A stretch of 64,000 bases of DNA from assembly GCA_951804945.1 (NCBI GenBank), contig OX638155.1, positions 70,246,001 through 70,310,000 of the forward strand, read 5' to 3'. The position numbers and the translations under genes were made by a program. The DNA comes from Podarcis cretensis (Eukaryota). Of the stretch, positions 47,792-60,180 are shown piece after piece. The notes under the pieces were generated by a model. That model was given only the letters and a program-made list of their open reading frames with translations, was not told the origin of the DNA and made no database searches. Numbering within the stretch: position 1 is the first letter of the stretch; every line of letters begins with the position of its first letter.

Positions 47792-49253
47792 TCAGGTATG
47801 CAGTTTACACACATCATTGAGCAAAAGAAAAGAGCAAATATACAAATATTGTAACAAGCGTTACCAAATGACGTATCTGGCACTAGTGTTATAAGCCGAT
47901 TAAAGAAACTGGTGAAGGGAAGTCATGGAAGAGGGCTGCAGCTCACAGCAGCCGTCTTCTCATACAACCAAACTTTCAGTAGCACCATAATGGCAATACT
48001 TACAAAAAACACAGAACAAAAATTGGAGGCTATTATGCGCCAAGGATAATCATTTTTTTTTCTTTTGGGGGAGGGGCAGAGGGCACATATCATTATGGAT
48101 TGTGTAGCAAACATCTAACAGTGCAGACGCCTGAGCTAGCTTCAGCTTATGTTTAGCTGAATATCTTCCATAAGGAGGATAACATGGGAAAGCCCCAAAA
48201 GCCAGCCAAATTTGAAGCCCAAATTTTGTATATGTGCAAGCTCTGCACTGTGCTTTATTTCTGTGCATGTGACTCGCAAAAGGGATGTCAGAAAAGTTAT
48301 CCACTAAAAGCCTGAGTGAGTCTTTGGTAGGCTAATACTTCAGTATTATGATACCCATTAATCTACCACAGTCAGTTGATTTTCTGAAGTTTTCCTTTAG
48401 CTTCCAAAAAGGTGGCAAGAGAAAACATTCTGGAAAACTGTACAGTGAAAGCATCAACAGACCAGGCACTTAAACCCCCAGTCTTTTCCAAAGGCACCAA
48501 GAATTAAACAGCATAACTGAAGTCCCCTGGGTGAAAGGCGACTATATCAGCTTCACTATAATGGATTACAAATTAAAATGATCTTAAATTTTACAAAAAC
48601 TTTTATACAGCATATCATAACCTTACCTTCTGCTGTCAGTTGCAAATATAATTAAATTACCCCCACTTGCTTGATAAGGAGACGTCACCTTGCTACCTAT
48701 CATATATCAAGTACCAGTTTTTCATACTTAAAAATTATATTAAATGCCATAACCTTGCTCAAGGAACGTTGTGTGTCTCAGCATTGCCTAGAACAGATTA
48801 CATTCTGTCCCAAACAATATTAACAGCACTGAAATATTTGGTATGGTTAATGCAACTTATTTTTGCTAGGTGCTATTCACCAGAGCTTGAAGTTACTGCT
48901 GGGGACTTGAAACCACTTACTGCGTTTTTACATGATATCTATTACCAAGTGGTCACTTTTGCAATTGACACGAGTCAGCTTTTGCCCCTACCCAAATGCA
49001 GACCTTCAGCAAAGTTATGGCAATAATACAAAACATCAACATATTCATTTCGTTGTAATGCACTTGTTTACACCTTCATGTCACTTCACATAGTTCTGCA
49101 ACAGAGTTCCACGCAAAGCATTCTGCCTTAATAGAGATATATAAAATGTAAATTGCATTGAAGCTTTGCTTCTGATGGCCGCTGAAAGTTACCTGACCAG
49201 CTAACAGAAAAGGGCTCTTTAGTGGTAAATACATTTCTGCAGCACTTACAGGT

Positions 49254-49944
49254 TTAAATCTCAGTCTGAATTGCAGCATTTAACTCCACAGCGTGCTGTG
49301 AATGGTTGTTGTTTGCTTCTTTCAGTGTTTCACCAGTACCCATATCTGCAACACTTGAAGTCCCATTATAAACACATTCTTCAGCAATATAACTCAGCTG
49401 TGGAGCCTCTGAGTTTGGAGCAGCTGGAATCAGCAACGAATTGCCACTTTGGTGTGGAGAGTTTTCTAAACGGTCATTTTCTACCTCTGGGAGAATGTTA
49501 ACTGTGGTAAACCGGGTATGATAATCGCTGGAACCATGGCTACATGAGGTTTTCATACTCTCCATATCAGAGCAACTAAACTCAGAAAAATGACTTGAGT
49601 GGGAATCAGCTACAGATGGGATACTGTCACTGAGGGAGGGAGAGTCAAATTCACTGGAGTTTGTGCTTTGTTGCTCTAATAACTGAGCATCCATGTCCTC
49701 TCTGGTCTCATTTATCTTCATGCTACTCTTTTTTCTTAGTTTACCTTTGCATTTTTTCCCTGCCGATGCATCTTTGGACCACTTGGTGGCACTAGATTTG
49801 TTTTCTGACAAGCAGGCTGACGAACAACCAGCGTTACTTTGACCTGCAGAACTACCATCTTCAACACTACTGCTGCCACTGTTGTGTCTGAATTTTGTGG
49901 GCTTTGATTCAATGTCTACTTGTACCTCCATACTGCTGCTATCT
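49254..49944 (-). CDS. RNF19A: RNF19A last coding exon
   Basis: tctag|A GAT AGC AGC AGT ATG GAG ... GAG ATT TAA. Confidence 0.94.
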
Positions 49945-52900
49945 CTAGAAGGGGGAGAAGAGAGAAGTATTCATTAAAAAAATGTTTCAATTTGTGAAAT
50001 TAAAAATGGAAAAATGCAATTTAAAAGCATTTTAACACAATGCAGTATAGCTTTAGGAAAAAATGGCACTAAAAGCCTGGTGACTCATTCTGCTAATATT
50101 GCCCTTAATAAAATGATGTAATACAATATAAACACAACTATTTCAGGTGCTGAAACATTGCCTCTATTTATCTCTAACCATCCCTTTAAGGAAAAATGAG
50201 CCACTATTATTCAAATATAAGTTTAGTTTCTTTTTTTAAAAAAACTGCAGATATAAAGCCTTATGAACTGCAACTGATTTATGTGTTGAAACTCTGTTTT
50301 AAGAAAATAATTAACATATCAGATTTCTCACTGGACCTATGCACATAATCCATTATCTTCACTGTTCACTTCATGGATCAGTTGCAGTAGGGTTTTGCCT
50401 TGGAAGTTCTTGTCACAATCCATTTTAGTCCTTGAAGTGTCATAGGACTTTCCACTGTTTTTAGTACACATATCTAAAAGCACATTATGAGAACTTCTTC
50501 CTAACTTTAATGTGCCATGGATCCACAAGCATACATTCCAGAAGCCCATCAACCATTTGTAAAAGATATCCAGAAAGAAAACCATACAGGGTTGGATCCA
50601 GACATGCCAAATGGAAAAGGAGAGGCAATTTTCAGCAATTCTCCTTCCTCCTGCAGCCTGCCAAAAGCAGTTTAAGAGTCAGAGGACTATCTGGAGGCAT
50701 TGGGGGGGGGGGCTGCAGGAAGAATTGGTGGAAATCACTGCTCCTGTCCAGCAGGAAGTCTCTACAAGACCTCAGTCCTTTCTGTGAATGGAATGTCTGA
50801 AATTCACAGGATAGCCAAGCTGGATCTACCTTTACCAAGCTTTGCAAACTGTGGGAGGTGGGGAGATATAAAGACATCTTACACCAGTTTCTCAATAAAA
50901 AAGAAATGTGCAAATATAATTTTTAAAACCAAGCCAGGAAAAAAATTCTGCCAAGAGCTTTTATTTCAAGGCAAAACAGATGCACTAAGTGGACAGTGAG
51001 GATTTTGGATAGTTCTAGCAAGAAATCTGATTGACAAAGTTACTTCATAAAAGCAGAGATCCAAAGCTTTTTTAAAAAATGAATTTAACAAGGTTTTGTA
51101 TCTGCAGGTCAAGAAAATTATATTTGAGTAATAGCAGCTCAAACCAAGAAGAAACTAAAAATCCCACCACCTCCCTGGCTCTGAAGGACTGAACTTCAGA
51201 AGGGTGGGGCAGAAATTTGATAATAGATAAAAAAATATTGTTACATCCAACAACAATCATACCAGAAATTTCAAAGAAGGGGAATTCATTAATGCTGCTT
51301 TTGAAGACTACTACAAGGTATGCATATTGAATACGACATCGTTCAATTAACAGAATTGAATAAGCTGCATTTCTATTCACATTTCCACTACTTAATTCTT
51401 ACCTGTCCAATGGGATATATGAATTTAAAATGGATCCAGCCATCGCTTTGGTGCTGGCATTGTCACTAACTGTTCCTAAACTAACGGTGCCCGACTCTCC
51501 ACTCAAACTGCACCTTTCCTTCTGCACGTCTGCTTGAACTTCCAACCTTGGGGAGAAATTCAATTTTAGTTCTGTTATTATCTTTCAGCTTTCATATCAC
51601 TTGGGAGTCTTTTAGAAGCTTCTGCTTGCAAGCTACTCACAGGCATGTGGCTAGAGAATGAGACTCTTAATCTCAGGGTCGTGGGTTTGAGCCCCACCAA
51701 TGGGTTGGACGATATGAACCTCATGGTCCTTTCCAACTCTACAATACTATGATTCTATTATCTAGTTGGCTACTGTCAGTACAAAAGCTTCCCAGACTAC
51801 AAAAGACCCATGTTTAGACAATATTTTCCTGTTGCCCCTGAAGCCATACACATGGTAGAAGGTAGAACTCCTTATGTTATTTTGGTACATTGCTCACTGT
51901 AGTTGAGACAGAAAACCAACTACAGAAGAATAGCACTATTTGGCCAAAAAAAGAGGGGCAGAAAATATCATTTATTATGAGCCCAACTCATTTCAGAAAA
52001 AAATCTTCTCTCAAAGCCCCCCCCCTTTTAGCAACAGTTTTGACACACCAAACACACTGCACTAAATTCTGTTGCCAGAAACTTTCGAAGTGGCCTATGT
52101 AATTTGTAGCACCTGAACTTCCTTCCCTTCCTTTAACTTCAATTGAGTAATCAGGGATCAGAAAGCTTCTTTAATCCATGTAAACAAAGTAACTGTTTTT
52201 AGACTACATGAGATAAAAAAAAAAAAGTATCACATCAGAACGTACAACACGAAAAAGTTCATCCTCTCAGAGCTAACTGTAGTTTGTTTACAAAAGCAGA
52301 CACAAAAACTGAACTTTGGACACAAATTATCTTACCTGTTAAAGCAGTTGACCATTGCACTTCCCGACAGACTCCCTGTTATACTGGCTCCAGCCAGGGC
52401 CATAGTGCTGGCAGTTTCGCTCAGATTGTCTCGAATTGCTCCCATTCTGTCCATATGGCTACCACTTGCACTCAGGCTTCCAGTCAATCCTCCAACACTT
52501 TCTTCCCCTATGCTGGGGTTATTACGTGCCTCTGCTACTGATGTGGTATCTAAATATGAAAGGTAAAGGTAAAGACACTTAAACTCGGGACGTAAGGGAG
52601 AAACGTGCTAAGAGGAAAGCACGGTTGGCAAATCCACACCGTGATCAACTCCCACCCAGAAACCAATGTCCCCACTGTGGAAGGATGTGTGGATCCAGAA
52701 TTGGCCTCCACAGTCTCTTACGGACTCATTGTTAAAACCGTGTTTATGGAAGACAATCTTACTCGACTACGAGTGACTGCCAAAGAAGAAAGATCTAAAT
52801 ATGAAAAGGGTGGTACTTAAAATTAATAGGAAAAGCATTTCACTGAAACTCCTTCAATGTAGAGAAAGACATTGCTCTTGGAAAAGCTGAAACAGTGACT

Positions 52901-53319
52901 ACTAGGGTTGCTGCTAAGCTTTTCCATGTGTCCCAAGAATCTGGGTTAGTGCTGGTCCTAGACTGATATAACTACAATGTCTGCAAGAAGAGAGCATGTA
53001 TATCATCTATCAACTCAAGCCATCAACTGAAGACATTGAGAAGAGACTGGAACAGACTTTCCTTACCTACTGCTGCATTTGTTCCACCAACAGTTATATC
53101 ATTTTCATCATCAAATTCTATTCTGACACCCTTTCCATTGCCAGCCGATACACCGCAACCTCCGCTTCGGCAGAGAGAGATAGGAACTACTCCATAGACA
53201 TAGGCCAACATAATCGGGACACCAATTCCTGCAATAAAAATGTAGAACACTATAATCAGTACAGAGTTGTCATGTTGTGTGATATCTCTGTCTGTTTGTT
53301 TGTTTGTCTGTCTGTCTCG

Positions 53320-53350
<31 letters not shown>

Positions 53351-56300
53351 GAGAGAGAGAGATCACTATATATCTCCTTATTATACAATTTAATAGGCTA
53401 TCACAAAAAGTGGCAAAGAAAGTAAAAGCTGAATTACTATTATAAATGAAAAAGACACTCCCCTTAATCCTATAAACACCTCCTGATGCCAGGAGTTTCT
53501 ATGTGACACTGAGATCCTCTGCTTCTAATGCCTCTTCCATTCATTTCAACTGATGAATCAGGTCTGTATGTACACTGTTTTGTACCACTGGGTGTGGTTC
53601 TTCCCTTGGAATTGATGGGGCTTGACCCAAGGGCTCACATACGTATCTGAACCCACACAGGTATCTTGTACTGAGGCCCTGGTTTTCAGAGAGAATCTTA
53701 CCAAACCTACAATAATTGGGATGAGTGCTTAGGCACAGGGATTGTTTCAGCTCCACATACTTTTATAAGCTAGTAATGCATTTTTTAAAAATAGGGTTCA
53801 GAGCTGTAAAATGAATGCCTAGCAGCATCGATAATATCAATTCTTTGTGCCCCACCTTTACAGCAATGTGTAAACAAAGCTTTTTATAAATCAGTATAAA
53901 TAACTAATTCTGAAAGGGTTTTCCTGATTTTTACCTGCACCTTTACTTACCAACAGTTACTGCAGCTACAACCGGTGAAACAATTACAGACAAGGTTACG
54001 CCACCTGCAATGGCCAAGTTCCTCTTGTGCTTTGAAATGTCTTTACCTTCATAGCGATTGTGAATCTTTAAGAAAAAGAGCATTTTAGAATGCATTGCAC
54101 ATCACAAAACTGAGAAGTATTTCCTGCAAGAATATATATATATTTTATTTTGAGCTGCCTTTTCTTAAATGAAGCGTCTTAATGCCACAGATTTATAGAC
54201 AGAAACTGTTTGCAAATATTACTAGCTTATTTAATTCTATGCTGCTGCATTATACTTTTTTTAAGTGTTTTTTTTAAAAAAAATTAAACTTTTTTTCCTG
54301 GTTCTAGGTACATTTATTTATGTAAGTTGACTAAAGGCAGTCTCTCTCTCTCTATATATATATATATTACTACAACATCTTGAAGTACAACATGTTGCTG
54401 TATGAACAAGCCTTAAACATGTATACAAAAGTATCCAAGTCCTATGTAACTGAAGACTCTAAACACACACGTCACCTTACCTTACGTCCCACATATACAG
54501 GTATTCCAATAATCATAGCTGGAATAGCAATGCCTGCTATTAAGGCGATTCCCACAGGTGCACCCACAAGCGTCCCTAGTTGCCACAGTATTTTCTTCTT
54601 CCGACTCCATGGTTTTTTCCCCCAGAATGTACAACCTGATGGACTATTTGAAGAAATTTTCCATAAGTAAGGCAAACTTATGACTCACAGTGAATAGTCT
54701 TAACTAACCATCAGTTTTATAATAACATTCTCTAACAGAGAGAGCAAGAATGCTTGAATCTGCAATCCTGCTAAAAGTGTTAAATGTTTCAGGTTGTGGA
54801 GAGAGTAATCTGAAACTAATATAGTACCAGACCAGCAGCACACCATTTATATCCAGTGCATTTTCTTTTTGGTTCCATCAGATCATGGCTCTTCCCAGGG
54901 CTGATGCTAAAATAGGCAACTCGGGATTTGGAACAAAGTTTCTCCACCTACGTTTTAAATGAACCTCTTTACTATGAATGGGGAAAATTTACCTTCCTCA
55001 AATTTAACTGAAACATCTGACAAGTTTTGTCTTTCTCTAGGAATTGTGTGTTTTACTTAGGCAAAACCTCTAAGGCCTGTTGATGAAGTTTTATGGCAGC
55101 AGCTGTCCCACTTGTTCTGAACACAGCTAGACACAATAACAAACAGAATGTTCTCTTTGCAAAAGGCTTCTCCAAGCATGTAGGACATATGATGGGAGGC
55201 GGGGGTTGTGGTGATAGATTTGATTCCATTGCTATCTTTCCTAGTGAAATTTACTGCAGGAAGTCCATTTTCTAATCTACCACAGTAAGTCCTGGGGTTT
55301 CCCCGTCACTTTATCATATTCTGAAGAGAGCTTCCGTGTGCACCAGGCTATAGAAAGCAAGGCACTTCCTGTAGTTGACACCCATGCAATGGAAAGTCCT
55401 GCCTTATCTAATATCAGTAAACTCCCTCTCAAACCAGTTTTATATATATTAAAAATCTAACCAGGTATGAAAATAGAATTCCACCTCAAACTAAGGTAAA
55501 GGTAAAGGTACCCCTGCCCGTACGGGCCAGTCATGTCCGACTCTAGGGTTGTGTGCTCATCTCACTTAAGAGGCCGGGAGCCAGCGCTGTCCAAAGACAC
55601 TTCCGGGTCACGTAGCCAGCGTGACGAAGCTGCTCTGGCGAGCCAGCACCAGCGCAGCACACGGAAACGCCGTTTACCTTCCCGCTATAAAGCGGTACCT
55701 ATTTATCTACTTGCACTTAGGGGTGCTTTCAAACTGCTAGGTGGGCAGGAGCTGGGACCGAAAGACGGGAGCTCACCCCGCCGTGGGGATTCGAACTGCT
55801 GACCATACGATCGGCAAGTCCTAGGCACTGAGGTTTTACCCACAGCGCCACCCGCGTCCCTACCTCAAACTAAAGACTACATCAAATGTGCATGATCAAA
55901 ACAAATGTCACTTGTTTCTTCATTCATTCATTCATTCATTCATTCCTTTTAAAGGATTTATAGCCTAGGCTGCTGTTAATTAGTGGGGTACAACATGAAG
56001 TGAGGTATATGAAATCTTTCAATACTTACCTTAAATAATGCAAGTCTGAAATCTCCTTCATGCATAGCCAACAGAATTCACATCCACAGACCGCACATGT
56101 CATATGATTGCAGCTTCCATCATTCATCTTTATTATATAAGCAGCACAGCGTGGGCATGGCTTTATGTCATCAGCTGTTTAAAAAGAAACCCAATGAACC
56201 CATGCTGCTTATGAGAACAAACAACACTGAAAATCATGTCTGGAAATGTTTGTAAATTTTAACTGGTTGCGACCAATTCCAAGTTCAGCCTAACTTAATA

Positions 56301-58300
56301 AAGAATTAACCTAAAGGGAGAAAAATTTAACTGGAGAACCGGGAGATCTGTGGGTGTATACAAAATTAATAAATAATAACAGGTACATGCAGGTACCTTT
56401 TACACAATTTTGGTGCAATGAGCTAGCTTGGTTGCTTCAGCCTGTCATTTGCAGTCAGCAAGGAAAGTCAGCGCTGTTTGGACACCTGGGATCCTAAAGA
56501 ACTTCTGTTTTCTTCTTCCTTTTAGTGAATTATTCCTGCATCTGTCTTATTTAGAGTAGTCCTTGGAATCTCCATAGTTTCCCCCCTTTTCCCATGGCAA
56601 CCAGGATACATATATCCTATGGATAGTTCATTTCCGATCAGGTACTGTCTAGAGGTTATTTTCTGCAACTACTACTACACAGTAAGAGTGGGTGGAAGCT
56701 AAATAATCCCTTTTCCATATGGCAAATGCAAAACATGAACACTTTGGAAAGTGGCTTAGGTGTGTCTCTTGCAGTGTAGGAGCACTCCAGGCACTCATTA
56801 AGAATTCAATGTATACTTAACTTACAGTCCAACAATACCCATACCTCCTTCAGAAGTAGTCTCTGTGCTTAATGGGACTTACTCCCAGGTAAGTGGGTAC
56901 AAAATAACAGCCTTGGCTTTGGTTTAGAATTGACACTGGGGGAAATGGGGTTTTTGTGTCTTTACCAGTTGCATCTCCACAATCAAGACCAGCAGGACAC
57001 AGATCTTCCCATGATAAACATGAGGTTGAGGAGGTTGACCATGTTCTCTTATTTTGTGTTACACCATGCTCCTATGGCAGCCATTTTGTGGCAAAACATA
57101 TCCACTGGCATGGGTGTAGCCAGGATTTTTCTTAGGAGGGGCAGGCCTTTTGTTAGGGAGGCAGAACCTCAGTTAGCTATGTATTTTTATTTAATGGGGG
57201 GGGCAGCTGTCCCTCCCTGTTCCTGCCCCCAGCAATGCCCATGTCTACTGGTCCCAAAAGGTTAGCAACCCCTGCTCTAAGTCAACATCTGTGACTCAGT
57301 ATAACAAAGAAGCACCTGGATCAGATGTTCTGACTATCCATATCCAAATAAAAATCCAACAGAGTGTACAGTGAAATTTTTCGCTCTACATTAAGTCAGT
57401 AATTATGCTCTAAAGCGATGCCAACTCCTCCCCCTTGCCCAAGATTCTGATGAGGTTTCTGGCTGTCCAGTGTGAAATAAGTTCACTGACAAAGCAAGGC
57501 ATTATATGCAGTCAGTCCTCTTGCACAGGTTACCAAGGAGCATATCATAGGTGAGTCAACAGATAGCCTGTTTTCTCTTCATATTGTGTAAATCTTTTGC
57601 CTTTAAAACAGGTGGATAGGCATGGTTATCAGCTGCAGAAGTATAAGCACAAGGGCAGTTTTTAAAAATAAAATAAATCTAGTATAGTAAGCTCTGTCCT
57701 TCACTTTCTACTTAAGTCATTGCTTATATTTTGAAGGCCTTCCCAAAAGTAATCATAAAAACAAAATAATTCATGAGTGAAATCTCAAAGCAAGACAATC
57801 ATGAAAATGTCTAGTTTCACTGCACTGTGATCCTTGGAAGAAGTACAGTAAAGAAATTTAATAAATAATAATAACAACAACAATGATATTGGTTAACTTC
57901 TATTAAGTCAACCATTATCAGTCGACTTCTGGATCATCTGATTATGAAAGTTTGCACCATTTGCATAATGCTGAAATAAGGGCTACTGGACTCAGCGCTC
58001 CTTTCTTAATAAACATCAATAATCAGTGAACAAAAGTTATCTGATAGTTTAAAATGTTTTAAAGACACCTAGTATTTCAGGTAATAAATACCTGCTGCTC
58101 CAGACTCCTGGCTGTAGCTAATGGACGAAGAACGAATTGTTCGCAAGCGTAGACTCTGGGCTCTCTCCTGGCGAGCAGCATCACAAGTCTGGTTGGGATG
58201 CCAAATTTGTTTACAATGATAGCAAAATTCAGTTCCACAGCCTTCACGTCCACATGTAAGTTTAGGACAGCTTGCACAGCCAAAAGCGATTACAGCATAC
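49254..58300 (-). CDS. RNF19A: E3 ubiquitin-protein ligase RNF19A (Dorfin, RBR family); partial, the ATG/RING1 exon lies right of the window
   Basis: 8 exons in phase: IBR ([19 protein letters not shown]), RING2 ([32 protein letters not shown]), two hydrophobic transmembrane regions and a Ser-rich C-terminus ending AIQTEI*. Confidence 0.96.
51403..51546 (-). CDS. RNF19A: RNF19A exon ([20 protein letters not shown]...)
   Basis: ccaag|G TTG GAA ... GAC AG|gtaaga. Confidence 0.94.
51620..51757 (+). mobile_element. SINE with tRNA(Lys)-like head and CR1-like tail
   Basis: GACTCTTAATCTCAGGGTCGTGGGTTTGAGCCCCAC followed by GGTCCTTTCCAACTCTACAATACTATGATTCTAT. Confidence 0.75.
52336..52549 (-). CDS. 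RNF19A: RNF19A exon ([18 protein letters not shown]...)
   Basis: tttag|AT ACC ACA ... AAC AG|gtaaga; the acceptor lies within a TSD copy. Confidence 0.9.
52562..52792 (+). mobile_element. 5'-truncated RTE-clade LINE 3' end with an inverted Sauria-SINE-type tail stub at its left end
   Basis: [22 protein letters not shown] (52667-52735) and GAA-rich tail; 14-bp TSD ATCTAAATATGAAA (52548-52561 and 52793-52806). Confidence 0.85.
53067..53228 (-). CDS. RNF19A: RNF19A exon ([26 protein letters not shown]...)
   Basis: gcag|GA ATT GGT ... GTA G|gtaagg. Confidence 0.94.
53951..54065 (-). CDS. RNF19A: RNF19A exon ([38 protein letters not shown])
   Basis: aaag|ATT CAC ... GTT G|gtaagt. Confidence 0.94.
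54481..54643 (-). CDS. RNF19A: RNF19A exon (first transmembrane region)
   Basis: atag|T CCA TCA GGT ... CGT AAG|gtaagg. Confidence 0.94.
55495..55861 (-). mobile_element. Sauria SINE, full length
   Basis: tRNA-like head GGGACGCGGGTGGCGCTGTGG; (CTTTAC)n tail; 12-bp TSD ACCTCAAACTAA. Confidence 0.93.
55920..55945. repeat. (CATT)n microsatellite
   Basis: Seen directly. Confidence 0.9.
56030..56174 (-). CDS. RNF19A: RNF19A RING2 exon
   Basis: acag|CT GAT GAC ATA AAG CCA TGC ... TTA AG|gtaagt. Confidence 0.95.
57109..57243. mobile_element. hAT-type MITE
   Basis: TIR CATGGG...CCCATG; TSD TC(C/T)ACTGG. Confidence 0.78.
58092..58300 (-). CDS. RNF19A: RNF19A IBR exon
   Basis: taag|G TAT GCT GTA ... 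GCA G|gtattt. Confidence 0.94.
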
Positions 58301-59396
58301 CTTAAAATGTTCAAGAATAAGTAGGAGGAAGATTGTTATTCTCAGTACTGCACAGTGGCAAGCAGTAAAACTGACTTTCGGGGATAAATTAAGAAATATC
58401 CCTTATTCTGAAAACAGAACTCCATTGTCATTGTGATCTAGCTAACAAAAGTTTGAAGATCTGAACCTAACAATCTAAGTCCTTGTATTTCACAGTCTGT
58501 GTAGCATGTACTCTTTGATCTAAGTCCCAAGTTTCAACAATGAGAATGGTACATTCCAGATTCCCACAATTCTAAATGCTTGGTGCTGACCTCAAGCCAT
58601 CTATAATAATTGTGTTATTTTTTAAGGTCTTTCAAAGTTGCACACATTTTAGTGGTTAAGAGTTAGCAAAAATAGACTATGTAATTGCAGTTGCTTGTAG
58701 TTGCTTGTGTTCAGTGAAGCCCACAGTAGACACTACAAATGACAAATAAGTAATCAATAGGTCTAATCTTAAATTCCCCAAACCACCTCATCAAACTAAG
58801 GCAAACAGGAGTACCCACCAGTTGCTTGCAGCCATTTTATATAGTAACTTGAGTTGTGAGAATAAAATTAGTTATTCTCAAAACCTCTTAAAGCCAAACT
58901 ATAGGGAACTACTATCCTCAAAAGCAACAAAAGGTCAATGTTGTATAGCATGAACTAATATAACTTTTAAAAAAAACTACTTCCAATCCTGTGACTTGTC
59001 TACTATATAAAATACGATTAATATAATAAGGACCATCTCAGGCTTCCTCATCATCACAGTGGCAGCCAATGACTGGAACAGAAGATCCCACTAAAATGCA
59101 GTCTCTGGTCCTGCATTCAAAATGTTATCTCCTGGTTCACCCTTTACGTTCCCTCCGTGGTGTGGAAGCATTGGGAGGAATGTGGAGGCCCAAGGTTTGC
59201 TCTGAATTCCACAATCTGTAAAACCCCAGGGGCCCAGGTCCAGCTGAAAACAAGCTTAGATTCAAATAATATTTCTGAGAACACAAAGTTGAAGGTAATC
59301 TTAATTTTCATATTCCAACCCAACAACTACCAGAGAGAAGTGGGGCACATTGTATCAAACAGACATAGTGCATATGTGACAGAAAATCAGTGAGCA

Positions 59397-59623
59397 CTGG
59401 AGAGTTAACAGTGTCTCTTATAATACACAAGAGGTTTGACTCTGAAATTAAGCTGTTAATCCCAGCTTTTCCCCATGAACATTCTCTAATCAATAATAGT
59501 AATGCAATAATGCCATTTGTAGAAGGGAAGGCAAGTTCAATAGACCAACAGGGATTCTGCCCTTTTGTGTAGAAATAAGGGCTTTGCTGGCAGAATCAGA
59601 GAACAGAGGTATAAAACATTAGG
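59397..59623 (+). repeat. 227-bp direct repeat, copy 1 (probable long TSD)
   Basis: Matches 60181-60407 with one mismatch seen (59534 A versus 60318 T). Confidence 0.93.
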
Positions 59624-59983
59624 TAAAGGTAAAGGTACCCCTGCCCGTACGGGCCAGTCTTGACAGACTCTGGGGTTGTGCGCCCATCTCACTCAAGAGG
59701 CCAGGGGCCAGCGCTGTCCGGAGACACTTCCGGGTCACGTGGCCAGCGTGACAAAGCTGCATCTGGCGAGCCAGAGCCGCACACGGAAACGCCGTTTACC
59801 TTCCCACTGGTAAGCGGTCCCTATTTATCTACTTGCACCCGGAGGTGCTTTCGAACTGCTAGGTTGGCAGGCGCTGGGACTGAGCAGCGGGAGCGCACCC
59901 CGCCCCAGGGATTCGAACCGCCGACCTTTCGATCGGCAAGTCCTAGGCGCTGAGGCTTTAACCCACAGCGCCACCTGCGTCCC
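59624..59983 (-). mobile_element. Sauria SINE, full length
   Basis: Same subfamily 3' end as the 55.5-kb copy. Confidence 0.92.
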
Positions 59984-60180
59984 AAAGGTAAAGGGACCCC
60001 TGACCATTAGGGTCCAGTCGCGGAGGACTCTTGCACTTCGACGTGCTTTCGAACTGCTAGATTGGCAGGAGCCGGGACCGAGCAACGGGAGCTCACCCCG
60101 TCGCGGGGATTCGAACCGCCAACTTTCTGATCGGCAGGCCCTAGGCTCTGTGGTTTAACCCACAGCGCCACCAGCGTCCC
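59984..60180 (-). mobile_element. Sauria SINE with internal deletion
   Basis: Head and tail present; central part missing at the GGACTCT/TGCACTT junction near 60030. Confidence 0.88.

Noticed and set aside
49076-49279. ORF overlapping the RNF19A stop codon in another frame
   Set aside because: No splice, frameshift or readthrough signal supports it; it is 3' UTR sequence.
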